From a virus (lineage: Duplodnaviria; Caudoviricetes), in IMG/VR virus record IMGVR_UViG_3300045972_000408, positions 1-61,612 of that record: a DNA stretch of 61,612 nt. One strand, 5' to 3'. The translations under genes were made by a program, and so were the position numbers. The first letter of the stretch is position 1; every line of letters begins with the position of its first letter. The notes under the pieces were generated by a model. That model was not told the DNA's origin and did not search any database. It saw nothing but the letters and a program-made list of their open reading frames with translations. Shown here piece after piece: positions 37,780 through 47,703 of this stretch.

Positions 37780-38451
37780 ATGCCGCGCAACATCGTCACC
37801 ACCATCGTCACGGCGGCGACGGTGCGCGGCCTGACCGATCTTGCGACCGTGCAAGACGATTGGGGCATTTCCGGCACCGCTGACGACGGGTTTCTCTCAC
37901 GCGCGATCACCCGCTGCAGCCGAGCGGCCGAGCAATTCTGCAACCGCGTTTTTGCATTGGAAACCGTGCAGGACATGATTTCGCTTCGCCGCGACCCATG
38001 GCCCGGCGCCATCGTCGAGCGGCCAGACTTGCTCCAGCTCACGCGCTGGCCCATCGTCACGATCGCCAGCGTCACGGTCGATGGAACGGTCCTGACCGAA
38101 GGCGCCGATTTCGTCACCGATCAGGCCGCCGGCCAGTTGCAGCGCCTCGACGCGAACGGCAACGCGCGCGCCTGGACTGGCGTGACCATAGTCGCGATCT
38201 ATACCTCTGGCTATAACCTGCCTGGCGCGCCGGCCAACGCCGCCGCCGATCCTTTGCCAGACGACATCAATGACGCCGTCTCGCGCATGGTCTACACGCG
38301 CTACGCCGAGCGCCAGCGCGACCCGCTGATCAAAAACGAATTCGTCGATGGGGTCGGACGCATCGAATATCTGACGCCCAATACCGATGGTAATCTGAGC
38401 GCCGATATCGCCGATCTCCTCGAAAATTACCGCGTCCCGGTTGTGGTTTGA
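37780..38451 (+). CDS. Head-tail connector (gp6-like)
   Basis: EQFCNR.F, Y..GY, P.DI..A, L.NYR. Confidence 0.82.
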   Translation: MPRNIVTTIVTAATVRGLTDLATVQDDWGISGTADDGFLSRAITRCSRAAEQFCNRVFALETVQDMISLRRDPWPGAIVERPDLLQLTRWPIVTIASVTVDGTVLTEGADFVTDQAAGQLQRLDANGNARAWTGVTIVAIYTSGYNLPGAPANAAADPLPDDINDAVSRMVYTRYAERQRDPLIKNEFVDGVGRIEYLTPNTDGNLSADIADLLENYRVPVVV

Positions 38452-38453
38452 CG

Positions 38454-39188
38454 ATGGCGACCGTCGACATGCGTCTCCAGACGATGACGCGGCGCATGAT
38501 CGCCAAGGCCTCCGGCGGCGCGCAGGTCACGTTCCAGCGCTCCGTGGGCCTCGCGCCGAACATCACGATCGTGTCCGCGACCGTGACGGCGCTGGTCAAA
38601 AGCGCCCAACCCGGCGGCGACGCCCAAAAGGAAGCTGGCTACGCGGGGCGGGGCGCGCCCATCACGACCGCCCGCGAAATCCTTGTCATGGCGGACGATC
38701 TCGCCACGCAGGGCTTTTCTCTGCCGTTGGAAATGAACGATAGCGCCCTGATCATCGACACAGGCGAACGGCTCAAGATCATCCGCGTCGACATGAGCAA
38801 GCGCGCCATCGCGGGCTGTATCGAGGCCATGGGAGTGATCGACCATATTGGCGTCTTGCGTGACATGGTGCGGATCGACGCGCAATCGCAAAACATCGAC
38901 GATGCGCGCAATATCGTCACAACGTGGACGACTGTTTGCACGACCATGGCGCGGATGGCGCGCAAATCGGCGGAAACCGTCGAGCGCGCGGGCCGCGACG
39001 AAGGCCTGCGCCATTTCGAATGCGTTATCCCCTGGCGCGCCGACGTCGGCGCCAATAACCGGCTGCATTGGCTGGGCCGAAATTTTGACGTTCAAGGCGC
39101 GATCAACCTGGACGGTTTGCGTCAATACCTGACGCTTGACCTACTCGAGCGCGCCGCCGATAGCGACGCCGGCGCCTTGGATGTCTGA
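38454..39188 (+). CDS. Head-closure protein, apparently two fused domains
   Basis: C-terminal half is SPP1 gp16-like (IG.LR..V.I, W, R.DV....RL...GR.FDV). Confidence 0.75.
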   Translation: MATVDMRLQTMTRRMIAKASGGAQVTFQRSVGLAPNITIVSATVTALVKSAQPGGDAQKEAGYAGRGAPITTAREILVMADDLATQGFSLPLEMNDSALIIDTGERLKIIRVDMSKRAIAGCIEAMGVIDHIGVLRDMVRIDAQSQNIDDARNIVTTWTTVCTTMARMARKSAETVERAGRDEGLRHFECVIPWRADVGANNRLHWLGRNFDVQGAINLDGLRQYLTLDLLERAADSDAGALDV

Positions 39189-39202
39189 CGAAAGGGTGTG
39201 GC

Positions 39203-39631
39203 ATGACCGCGCTTGACGCCACCGCAGCGCTGCTCAAGGGCGTGAGCGCGGTCCTTCTTGACGATGCGACGCTCAACCCGCTTTTGGCCGGCAATAAAAT
39301 CATGGTGCGCGCGCCGTCGAACGCGCTGACGCCTTATCTTGAGCTCGATATTCGCGCGACCGATTGGTCCACTGCGACCGAAGACGGACAAGACTTTTCC
39401 ATCACGGTCCATGTCTGGCACCAGCCACCGTCGCAAACGCCCGAAACCGGAACCGCAATGGCCTTGATGGGCCATGTTCGCAGGATCCTCCATTGCGCGG
39501 CGCTCGCGCTCGATGCGCCTTTTAATTTGGTTCTCTGCCGCGTTCAGATGCAGCGCGGGCCGTACAACGACCCTGACGGGTCCACGCTTCATGGCGTCGT
39601 CATGGTGCGCGCCGTCGTCGATCACGCCTGA
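39203..39631 (+). CDS. Tail terminator (DUF3168)
   Basis: PY......DWST....G, HVW, HGV...RA. Confidence 0.85.
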   Translation: MTALDATAALLKGVSAVLLDDATLNPLLAGNKIMVRAPSNALTPYLELDIRATDWSTATEDGQDFSITVHVWHQPPSQTPETGTAMALMGHVRRILHCAALALDAPFNLVLCRVQMQRGPYNDPDGSTLHGVVMVRAVVDHA

Positions 39632-39658
39632 AACCCTTGAAATCCAGGAGAAAACAAG

Positions 39659-40063
39659 ATGGTCGCAACCGCAGGGCGCACATGGGCGCTTTCCATTTAC
39701 ATCGGCAATGCCTATGTGGCCATCGGCGGCCTGAAAACCCGATCGTTCACGGCGAATAACACCAACATCGACGTGACCACGGCGGACAGCGCAGGCCGCT
39801 GGCGCGAACTCCTTGGCGGCGCGGGCATCCAGTCGCTCGACATCGATTTTGCCGGCGCCTGTCAAACGGATGCGGCTTACAAGACGCTATTCACCGCCGT
39901 CACGACAAGCGCGCTGCAAACCATTCGCCTTGCCACCAACGGGATTCAGATCGACGGGACGTTCCTGGTCGATAACCTCAAGGCTGACGGCCCGTTCAAT
40001 GAGGCTGTGACCTTCGAGGGCAAGCTTTTGTCGTCCGGTCAGCCCACCTTCACCTATTCCTGA
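39659..40063 (+). CDS. Major tail tube protein (TP901-1 type)
   Basis: IGGL, DVTT.DS.GRWRELL.GAG, SSG. Confidence 0.9.
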   Translation: MVATAGRTWALSIYIGNAYVAIGGLKTRSFTANNTNIDVTTADSAGRWRELLGGAGIQSLDIDFAGACQTDAAYKTLFTAVTTSALQTIRLATNGIQIDGTFLVDNLKADGPFNEAVTFEGKLLSSGQPTFTYS

Positions 40064-40088
40064 TCCTGACGCCTAAGGAGCCATCCCA

Positions 40089-40460
40089 ATGTCCGCAATC
40101 GCCATCCAAACCCTTTCCGTTGCCGGCGTCACACCGACCTATCAGGCCGCGACCAATTCCGACACGATCCCCGGCGCCACAAACGACGAACGGCTGTATA
40201 TTCATGCCAAAAACAGCAACGCCGCAACCGCGACCATCACCATCCAGCCAGTTTCTCCTCTGACGGCCAAGGTTCCCGGCGTCGGCGTCGTCTCCGTCCC
40301 CCCCATCGCCGTGACGGTTCCGGCCACGACGGGAGACAAGTTGATCGGCCCGATCCCCGCCGCCTATATCGACGCGACCGGGACCATCACGCTGGCCAAT
40401 TCGGGCACCATCACCAACCTGACGGTGGCGGCCTTCCGCCTGCCGCCGCAATCGTACTGA
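40089..40460 (+). CDS. Putative tail-associated protein
   Basis: AAGGAG RBS, beta-rich. Confidence 0.7.
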   Translation: MSAIAIQTLSVAGVTPTYQAATNSDTIPGATNDERLYIHAKNSNAATATITIQPVSPLTAKVPGVGVVSVPPIAVTVPATTGDKLIGPIPAAYIDATGTITLANSGTITNLTVAAFRLPPQSY

Positions 40461-40470
40461 GGGCGCACGC

Positions 40471-40836
40471 ATGGTCAACAGGGCGCGTGGCGAGGCCAAG
40501 ATCACGCTTGGCGGCAAGGAATTTGGCGTCGCGCTCGGCATTGGCGCGCTTGCCGAGTTGGAAGATTCTTTCGGCGTCGAGAATTTTGAAGAGGCGCTGA
40601 ATTTCGAAAAGCTATCGGCCAAGCGGCTGAGGCTTTTCTTGCAGGCTATTTTGAAGGGAAACGATATTCCTTTGACGGAGGAAATAGGATTCTCCATCAA
40701 CCGCTTTTCGGTTCCCGACTTCATGGCGTTCGTCACAGACCTCATGGCCGCGTCGGGCCTGTCCGAGCGCGCTGAAAGCGAACCGGAGGTCGACGGCGCC
40801 CCTTTAGCGGCAGAGCGCGATGGCGAGCATGGATGA
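40471..40836 (+). CDS. Tail assembly chaperone (G)
   Basis: N.ARGE...L.G, L..GALAELE..FG. Confidence 0.85.
   Translation: MVNRARGEAKITLGGKEFGVALGIGALAELEDSFGVENFEEALNFEKLSAKRLRLFLQAILKGNDIPLTEEIGFSINRFSVPDFMAFVTDLMAASGLSERAESEPEVDGAPLAAERDGEHG
40800..40806 (+). other. -1 programmed frameshift site C CCT TTA
   Basis: X XXY YYZ in chaperone frame; -1 frame open into 40833 ORF. Confidence 0.8.
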
Positions 40837-41030
40837 GGCTTGGCCTCGGCGCGCTGCGCTATCCGCCTGATGTGTTCTGGCGGCTCACGCTGCCCGAATT
40901 TTTCGCCGCAGTCGACGGCTTGCTTGAGAGCAAGGGCGTCAAGCGCGGCCGCGTGCGAGACGCCCCGACCCGGGAAGAAGTTGACGCGCTGTTTGCTCAA
41001 TTGGACAGTGAAGGGAGATTGAAGCCATGA
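40833..41030 (+). CDS. Tail assembly chaperone T segment
   Basis: GLG.LR.PP..FW.LT..E, PTREE. Confidence 0.8.
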   Translation: MRLGLGALRYPPDVFWRLTLPEFFAAVDGLLESKGVKRGRVRDAPTREEVDALFAQLDSEGRLKP

Positions 41031-41428
41031 GCGCATTCATGCAATCGACTGGCTTCGATCAGGTCACGAAAGACCTTGAAGCCGCCATTTCGAGACTTGA
41101 CGCCGCCACGACCGCGGCGGCCCTCGAAGTGGCGGAAATGATGATCGATCGCGCCAAGGAGCTCGTCTCTGCGCAGGGAGAAAGCCAACCCGGCGCGCCG
41201 CCGAAAAATCTGACCGGTGAATTGCTCGCGTCGATGACTGCGAAGCCTGGCGACGTTCCTGGATCGGCCTCCGCCGTTGCGGGCGCATTTTACGCCAAGC
41301 ATCTTGAATACGGCACGCGCAAAATGCAGCCTCACCCCTTCATGCAGCCCGCCTCGCAAGACATTTTCAAGGATGGCCGCAAGGTGATGAAATCCGCCGC
41401 TGATAAAGCGCTCGGCGCAAGTTCATAA
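41027..41428 (+). CDS. HK97 gp10-family protein
   Basis: TG.L..S, YA.HLEYGT.KM...PF. Confidence 0.88.
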   Translation: MSAFMQSTGFDQVTKDLEAAISRLDAATTAAALEVAEMMIDRAKELVSAQGESQPGAPPKNLTGELLASMTAKPGDVPGSASAVAGAFYAKHLEYGTRKMQPHPFMQPASQDIFKDGRKVMKSAADKALGASS

Positions 41429-41452
41429 TTGGGTTTGACTTAGGGGCGGCAA

Positions 41453-43750
41453 ATGTCGAGCACTGACGGGGCCATTGTCTATCGGTTTTCTGCGAACTCC
41501 AGTGATCTGAAAGCCGGTCTCGCCGACATAAAGGCGCAGTTTGCGCAATTGTCGGATACGGGGAAGGCCAAGAGCGCGGAAATCGTGCAGGCGATGGGGG
41601 GCATGGGCGCCGCCTTTTCCAAACTGACGCCTGAGGTCAAGGATCTTGTGGCGCAGTTCAAGAACGTCGGAGCCACCGCTGTCCTGAAGTCCGAACTTGC
41701 GGCGCTGCAAGAAGAGCTCAAGAAAACCGCCAAAGAATTCCGCTCGACCGGATCGACTTACGATTCCGAGTTGGGAAAAAAGCTGAAAGACCTTTCGAGC
41801 AAGGTCCAGGAGGCCAAAAAACAGCTTCGATATTTGCAGACTCCACCGGAAGCCGCAAACACAAATCTCAATACGCCCGCGCTCAAAACCCATACGGAAG
41901 CCGTCGCCAATCTCGGGACCAAGGCTGAGCAGACCGCGGCGAAAATCCGCGCGTATGGAGAGTCTATCGGCAATGCGGCCTATGAATATGGGCCGTGGAC
42001 AGGCGCGCATGTGCAGGCGGCGCAGGTCATCGGGACGACGCTTGTGGAGGCGATGGCGAAGGCCAATCTCGCCGCCAAGGCGCTCTCGCTCGGCTTAACG
42101 GGAATCGGCGTTGCATTGGGCGCATCCCTGCTCGTGGTCGCGGTCGCGGGCGGCCGCCTGCGCGACCTGCAGGACACGGCCAGCGCGCTCAGCGTCAGCA
42201 TTCAATCGCTGAAGGACCTGGGAACAGCAGGCGCAGGCCTTGGCATCGACGCCAAGACGATGAACACGGAGATGACCGGCTTCGCCAAGAAGGTGCGCGA
42301 AGCGGCGGTCGCCGGCGGCGATCTCGCGGACTTCCTCGAGAAGAACAATATCAAGATCAAGGACTCGCAAGGCAATCTTCGCCCAGTTCAACAGATTTTC
42401 GGAGACATTGGGAGCCTTATCAAGGCCGATGGAAACGAACTCGACAAACTTGCCGCGCTGGATAAACTCGGGTTTGGCGCGGACATGCTGCGGATGTTCG
42501 AGCGTGGCTCGGACGCTGTGAAGCAATTTGCCGATACCGCCGTTACGACGCAAGACGACACGAATAACAAGCTGGCGCGCTATTACGAGGAGCTTTCCCA
42601 AGTGTGGCATTCCACTATGGAAAGCCTTGGGAATGCAGCAATCAGCATGTCCTATTCCGTCCTCTCGACGGTTGGCGACATGATGCACAAGATCGAAGCG
42701 TTTTTCACGCAAGCCATCGCTCAAGTTCGGTCGCAAATCGCTTCCCTGACGGGCGACATGAGCGCGGCGCAGAAATTCGCCAATGACGCGACGGCGGCGG
42801 CCAATGCCGAGCGTCAACGCCAGATGGCGCAAGACGTGAAGGACGGCAACGCCAACTATCTCGGCAAGCTGTACGACCCGAAGACCGGCGACGAGGTCAA
42901 GGGAACGCCGCAAATGACCGTGCGCGGTTCCGGCGCCCCGTCGATCAAGGGGCTTTACGACAAGGACAGCGGCGCGGGCTCCAAAGCCAAATCGCCAACC
43001 GACGATGCGAAGGACAGTATCGAACGCTATATCGACAGCCTGAAAAAGGCCAATGAAACGGCCAAGGCCGAAGCCGAGACGTGGAACCTGTCCAACGTCG
43101 AGCGCGCAAAGGCTGTTGCTCTAGCCCAAGCCACGGCGGCGGCGGATCGCGACGGCCTTACGCTGTCCGCCAAGCAAAAAGAGCAAGTCGCCGCGCTCGC
43201 GGTGCAGACACAAAACCTCAAAGACAAGACGGACGGCCTCAAGGCGTCGTCGCAGGCCCTTGGGGAGGCGTTTACGAGCGCGCTCGATCAGTTGATCGTC
43301 AAGGGCGGCAAGTTGAACGACGTGATGAAAAGCCTTCTGCAAAACATGGCGTCCGCGATCCTCAAGGGCGCGCTGATGGGCGAAGGCTCGTTCGGCTCGA
43401 TCTTCGGCGGCGCGGCGGGTTCGGGCGGCATTATCGGCGGCGCCCTGAAAAGCGTCTTCTCAGGCTTCAAGGCTGAGGGCGGCCCAGTTATGGGCGGCAA
43501 GGCTTATGTCGTGGGTGAGAATGGCCCGGAACTGTTTGCGCCGAACGGCGGCGGCTCGATCATCCCGAACGGCGGCAATGGCTCAGGCGGGAATTCGGGC
43601 GGCAACCATATCAACATCAACCTAGCTGGCGCGAACGGCGACGCGACGATTGCAAAAATCGTGACGCAGGCCGTGCAGGCGGGGCTTGGGCAGTTCTCCT
43701 CGCAGGTCCTGCCGGGACGCATCAATGAAATTCAGATGCGGGGCGCGTGA
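41453..43750 (+). CDS. Tail tape measure protein
   Basis: 765 aa Ala-rich helical, C-terminal GGPV....Y.VGE.GPELF.P. Confidence 0.93.
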   Translation: MSSTDGAIVYRFSANSSDLKAGLADIKAQFAQLSDTGKAKSAEIVQAMGGMGAAFSKLTPEVKDLVAQFKNVGATAVLKSELAALQEELKKTAKEFRSTGSTYDSELGKKLKDLSSKVQEAKKQLRYLQTPPEAANTNLNTPALKTHTEAVANLGTKAEQTAAKIRAYGESIGNAAYEYGPWTGAHVQAAQVIGTTLVEAMAKANLAAKALSLGLTGIGVALGASLLVVAVAGGRLRDLQDTASALSVSIQSLKDLGTAGAGLGIDAKTMNTEMTGFAKKVREAAVAGGDLADFLEKNNIKIKDSQGNLRPVQQIFGDIGSLIKADGNELDKLAALDKLGFGADMLRMFERGSDAVKQFADTAVTTQDDTNNKLARYYEELSQVWHSTMESLGNAAISMSYSVLSTVGDMMHKIEAFFTQAIAQVRSQIASLTGDMSAAQKFANDATAAANAERQRQMAQDVKDGNANYLGKLYDPKTGDEVKGTPQMTVRGSGAPSIKGLYDKDSGAGSKAKSPTDDAKDSIERYIDSLKKANETAKAEAETWNLSNVERAKAVALAQATAAADRDGLTLSAKQKEQVAALAVQTQNLKDKTDGLKASSQALGEAFTSALDQLIVKGGKLNDVMKSLLQNMASAILKGALMGEGSFGSIFGGAAGSGGIIGGALKSVFSGFKAEGGPVMGGKAYVVGENGPELFAPNGGGSIIPNGGNGSGGNSGGNHININLAGANGDATIAKIVTQAVQAGLGQFSSQVLPGRINEIQMRGA

Positions 43751-44325
43751 TGGGGCTGTTTTCCGACGCCATCAACGCCAAAATGGCCGGGCGGGCGATT
43801 GGCGCGGTCCCGCTGGTCTTCTTCGACTTTGCGGGCGATCCGAAACGCATGTGGCCCGGCTTCGGGCCTCTGACAGTCGGCGGCTATACCTGGGACGGCT
43901 CGGGCGACTTCGGCTCTATCGAGGGGCTTGCGCTCGCCACGACGGATGCGGCGCAGGCGGTGACTTTCACCTTGTCGGGCGTCACGGCGGAAATGCAATC
44001 TCTGGCGCGCCGGTCCGAAACGCTTGTGCGCGGGCGCGGCGTCACCGTCTATTGCCAGTTCTTCGACGTGACGGGGGACGTCCCCATGAATCCTCTTGGC
44101 GACATGCTGGCGATCTGGTCAGGTGTGATGGACGTGATGACGTTCAAAGCGAACGGGCCAAGCTCGCGCGTCATCACCCTGACAGCGGAAGGCGAGAACG
44201 CAGACCGGCGCCGCGCTCCCTTTGGCCTTCTGACCGACGCAGATCAACAAGCCCGGTACAGCGGCGACACGTCGATGCGGTTTCGCCCATCGATGAAATT
44301 CAAGACGCTGCGCCAGCCGTGGTGA
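43750..44325 (+). CDS. Tail tip protein
   Basis: W.G.G.L..GG..W.G.G, G.MD, TDADQ..R. Confidence 0.8.
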   Translation: MGLFSDAINAKMAGRAIGAVPLVFFDFAGDPKRMWPGFGPLTVGGYTWDGSGDFGSIEGLALATTDAAQAVTFTLSGVTAEMQSLARRSETLVRGRGVTVYCQFFDVTGDVPMNPLGDMLAIWSGVMDVMTFKANGPSSRVITLTAEGENADRRRAPFGLLTDADQQARYSGDTSMRFRPSMKFKTLRQPW

Positions 44326-44658
44326 TTACGAGCATTTTTTAACCGCTGCGGCATCCCGCAAAGCCCGGTCTTCGCCCTTGGCATCCGAAAGCGCAGCCTC
44401 GCTCGCGCCATTGTTTGTCATGCTGGCGACTGGAAGGCCCAACAGTAAAACGCCTACAGAATCATTGGCGCGCTTCTGCTCTTGCTCGGCGGTCGCGTTG
44501 ACGAGCGACGACGACACGCGGGCCTGTTCCGCCGCGATCTGGCCGCAGGAAAGCGCGGCATATTTAGAGGGCTGGATAGGCGCGGGCTGGATTTCGGAAG
44601 CGTGAGACGCACACCCAGCGACGGCGGCGGCAAGCAACAAAGCGGCGATCCTCTGCAC
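44326..44658 (-). CDS. Lipoprotein moron
   Basis: AGGAG RBS, GTG start, lipobox VAGC; opposite strand to tail genes. Confidence 0.8.
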   Translation of the reverse strand: MQRIAALLLAAAVAGCASHASEIQPAPIQPSKYAALSCGQIAAEQARVSSSLVNATAEQEQKRANDSVGVLLLGLPVASMTNNGASEAALSDAKGEDRALRDAAAVKKCS

Positions 44659-44698
44659 AAGCAATCTCCTAGAGAAAACGGCGAAAGCTTAAGCGTGA

Positions 44699-45058
44699 AT
44701 GGACGACCTGACAACATACCTTCGTGACGCAGCCGGGGCCGCTTTCGACTGGAATGGGCGCAATTGCATGATCTGGGTTGCGGATTGGGTCAAAGCCCGA
44801 ACGGGGATCGATCCTGCGGCGGGTTGGCGAAGCGGCGAATTCGATCCCGCGCGGGTCGATGTTCTGGCCTTGGCGACGGAAACCATGATGATTTTTGACG
44901 AAACGCAAGCCCCGAAGCGCGGCGACGTTGGCGTAGTGCTGACCGGCGCGCACGGCGCGGTGACGGCGGCCATCTGCACCGGGCGGAAATGGGCCGCGCT
45001 GGCTCCGCAAGGGCTTGCGGTCGCAGCGTGGCCCTGCGTTAAGGCGTGGTCGATCTGA
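44699..45058 (+). CDS. NlpC/P60-like tail protein (DUF6950 type)
   Basis: FDW...NC..WVADW....G.DP, RGD. Confidence 0.8.
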   Translation: MDDLTTYLRDAAGAAFDWNGRNCMIWVADWVKARTGIDPAAGWRSGEFDPARVDVLALATETMMIFDETQAPKRGDVGVVLTGAHGAVTAAICTGRKWAALAPQGLAVAAWPCVKAWSI

Positions 45059-46875
45059 TGCCCGAAGCGATTGCGATTGTTCCCCTGCTTGTTGGCGGCC
45101 CGCTCGAACTGACGGGCGCGACGCTTGGCGGGATCGGTGTTTTTGGCAGCCTTGGCCCTGCCGTGTTCGCCCTTGGCGGGATTCCGCTCCTGTCGTCCGT
45201 ATCCGGTCTCGCGCTATCTGTTGGCCTGTCCTACGCCGCGTCGCTGCTGGCCTCTAAGCCGGCGACGAAGAACCAGGACACACAGACGACGGCCAACGAG
45301 TCCGCAACGCCGCGCGTCCGAGGCTATGGCCGCGCGATGCTGGGCGGCGCGCGCATTTATTGGGATAACATCTACAACGGCGCGTCTTACCGCGCGGTCA
45401 TCATCGCGCATTGCCAAGGGCCAATTGACGCAATCGAAACCTATTATTTCAATGATGACATTGGTGTTTTTTCTACCACCGCATCCCTCGGCGCGTCTCT
45501 GACCGTCATCTATCCGATATCGGGCGGCCTCGCCACCATCCAGACGATGCAGGGGACCGGGACGCAAAGCGCGCCGATCTTGGCAACAGCCTTTATCCCC
45601 GGCTGGACGAGCGCGGATGCAATCAAGGGGATTTGCTGCACAGTCGCGCTTTATCGCGCGGTGGCGCAAAAGGACTTTTTGACCAATTACAAAAACGGCG
45701 AGCCGCTTATCCGCATTGTCGCGCGCATGTCAAAAGTGTGGGACCCGCGCAACGGTTCGCAGAACCCGGATGATACATGGGACAACCCTTCCACATGGTC
45801 ATGGTCCGACAACCCGGCGCTCTGCATCCTCGATTATCTTCGTCACCCTGACGGCAGGAACAAGGATCGCTCGCGCATCGACGTCTCGACCTTCATCGCC
45901 TTCGCCAACCTTTGCGACGAGTCTGTGCCGCTGGCGGCTGGCGGGACGGAGCCTCGATACCGTCTAAGCGGGACCTACACATTTTCCGACGAGCCGGCAG
46001 GCGTCATGCAGCGGATGCTCGCAACATGCGACGGAGAAATCTACCGCACGGCGGCGGGCCTGATCGGCATTCGCGGCGGCGAGTGGATCGACCCGACGTT
46101 GACCTTTTACGGAGATTCCATCCTTGCGTTTTCATTGACGCAGGGCTCTGGAAAAATGGTCACGTTCAACAGAACGACGGTCACTTTCACATCGCCCGAC
46201 CACGAATATCAGCTGATCGAAACCGAACCGTGGGTTGACCCTGTCTCGGAGGCATTTCTCGGAACGCTCTCGACCACGGTTCAGATGGACATGGTCTCAA
46301 GCCCAACGCAGGCGCGGCGGCTGGCGAAAATCAACGCGGCCAAGTCCAACCCGGATTGGAAAGGCCAAATCAGCCTCGATATTTCGGGGCTTAACGCGAT
46401 TGTCGAGCGCGTCATAACGGGTGTGATCCCTGACGACGATTTGGGCATCACGGAGACGTTTTTAATCACGAAGGCCAGCATCGCGGCGGATTATACGCGC
46501 GTCGATCTGGACGTGGTCTCGCTGTCGTCGGCAGCCTATGCGTGGACCACGGCAGAGGAAGGGGCAAACATTTCGACCCTTCCGGCTGGGTCGTCCACGC
46601 CGACAATCCCGGTTCCGTCGATCACGCTCGCCAACACCACGAACTCTTTCAGCATCACCGCAACCGCGCCCTCAGACACGAGCCTGCGCATGGTTGTCCA
46701 ATGGCGCCTTTCCGGGGCGGGAAGCTGGACCAATACGCTTTCCCCCGATCCTGGCATTTGGGCCGTTTCGTCAGGCTATGTCGCGACCGGCCACACCTAT
46801 GATGTTCAAGCGGAATTCGTCGCGACGAACTCGCTTAACGGCGGCTGGTGCTCTGTCCACAGCATCACAATTTAA
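45058..46875 (+). CDS. Tail hub/central fibre protein
   Basis: YGR..LGG, DPR, WSDNPAL..LDYL, N.CDE, QA.RLAK, FN3-like end. Confidence 0.88.
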   Translation: MPEAIAIVPLLVGGPLELTGATLGGIGVFGSLGPAVFALGGIPLLSSVSGLALSVGLSYAASLLASKPATKNQDTQTTANESATPRVRGYGRAMLGGARIYWDNIYNGASYRAVIIAHCQGPIDAIETYYFNDDIGVFSTTASLGASLTVIYPISGGLATIQTMQGTGTQSAPILATAFIPGWTSADAIKGICCTVALYRAVAQKDFLTNYKNGEPLIRIVARMSKVWDPRNGSQNPDDTWDNPSTWSWSDNPALCILDYLRHPDGRNKDRSRIDVSTFIAFANLCDESVPLAAGGTEPRYRLSGTYTFSDEPAGVMQRMLATCDGEIYRTAAGLIGIRGGEWIDPTLTFYGDSILAFSLTQGSGKMVTFNRTTVTFTSPDHEYQLIETEPWVDPVSEAFLGTLSTTVQMDMVSSPTQARRLAKINAAKSNPDWKGQISLDISGLNAIVERVITGVIPDDDLGITETFLITKASIAADYTRVDLDVVSLSSAAYAWTTAEEGANISTLPAGSSTPTIPVPSITLANTTNSFSITATAPSDTSLRMVVQWRLSGAGSWTNTLSPDPGIWAVSSGYVATGHTYDVQAEFVATNSLNGGWCSVHSITI

Positions 46876-46884
46876 GGGCCGGAA

Positions 46885-47703
46885 ATGACGACTCTCCAAT
46901 GGCCCGACAACGTCGTCCCGAACAGCATTGATTTCTGGCTGGACACGCCGACGCGATCGGGTGGCCCGTCGATCCTCGGCTCTGAGCGCATTGTTGGAAC
47001 GCCCGCCGCCCGCTGGCGCTGCACGCTGAATTTTCGGGTCTGGGGAAGGGGCGGAGACCCTTCGCGGCTGCTGTGGTGGCGGACCTTCGCCAGCATCATG
47101 GCGGGCCGGGCCGGCTCCGTCGCCATCGGGCCTTTCGACGCTCTGACGCCTTCGCGCATTGTCGCGGCGTCGGAACAAGCCGCTGTGGTGGCGATGGCTC
47201 AAGCGCAATGGGCGAGCACCAGCGTCTCGTCTGTCTTTGGCTCGACGACGCCGTTTGACGACATGGCGGCGGTCTCATCCAAGGCGCTTCCCATTGTCCT
47301 GCCGGCATCCGGGCAAATCGGGGAGTTCGTGATTGGCGAAAGCCCTATCGGCGGCGTGCTGGACCTTACGACAAGCGGGCTCGGCTCTGTCATGGAGGCG
47401 GCCTTGGCTGGGGCGAGAACGGTCACGATTGCTTATTCAGGCGCAGGCACACCGCTGGCGGGCATGTATTTCGGCATCGGCGGCGCGGCGCTCTATCTCG
47501 CCAACGCGATCACGGACAACGGCAACGGCACGCTGACTATTGGCTTTTCGCCGGGCCTGCGCTTTGCCGCGGCCATCGGGACTGTGGTGGATTTTGAAAA
47601 GCCCAAGTGCGTCATGCGACTCATGGCTGACGACGGCGCGCGTGCAAAGACCGGCGTCGATTGGACCGCAGATACCACGCTTGATCTAGTCGAGGTCTTC
47701 TGA
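46885..47703 (+). CDS. Distal-tail-like protein
   Basis: WP, RW...L, L.I...P.LR, F..P.C.MRL, EVF; out of usual order. Confidence 0.65.
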   Translation: MTTLQWPDNVVPNSIDFWLDTPTRSGGPSILGSERIVGTPAARWRCTLNFRVWGRGGDPSRLLWWRTFASIMAGRAGSVAIGPFDALTPSRIVAASEQAAVVAMAQAQWASTSVSSVFGSTTPFDDMAAVSSKALPIVLPASGQIGEFVIGESPIGGVLDLTTSGLGSVMEAALAGARTVTIAYSGAGTPLAGMYFGIGGAALYLANAITDNGNGTLTIGFSPGLRFAAAIGTVVDFEKPKCVMRLMADDGARAKTGVDWTADTTLDLVEVF

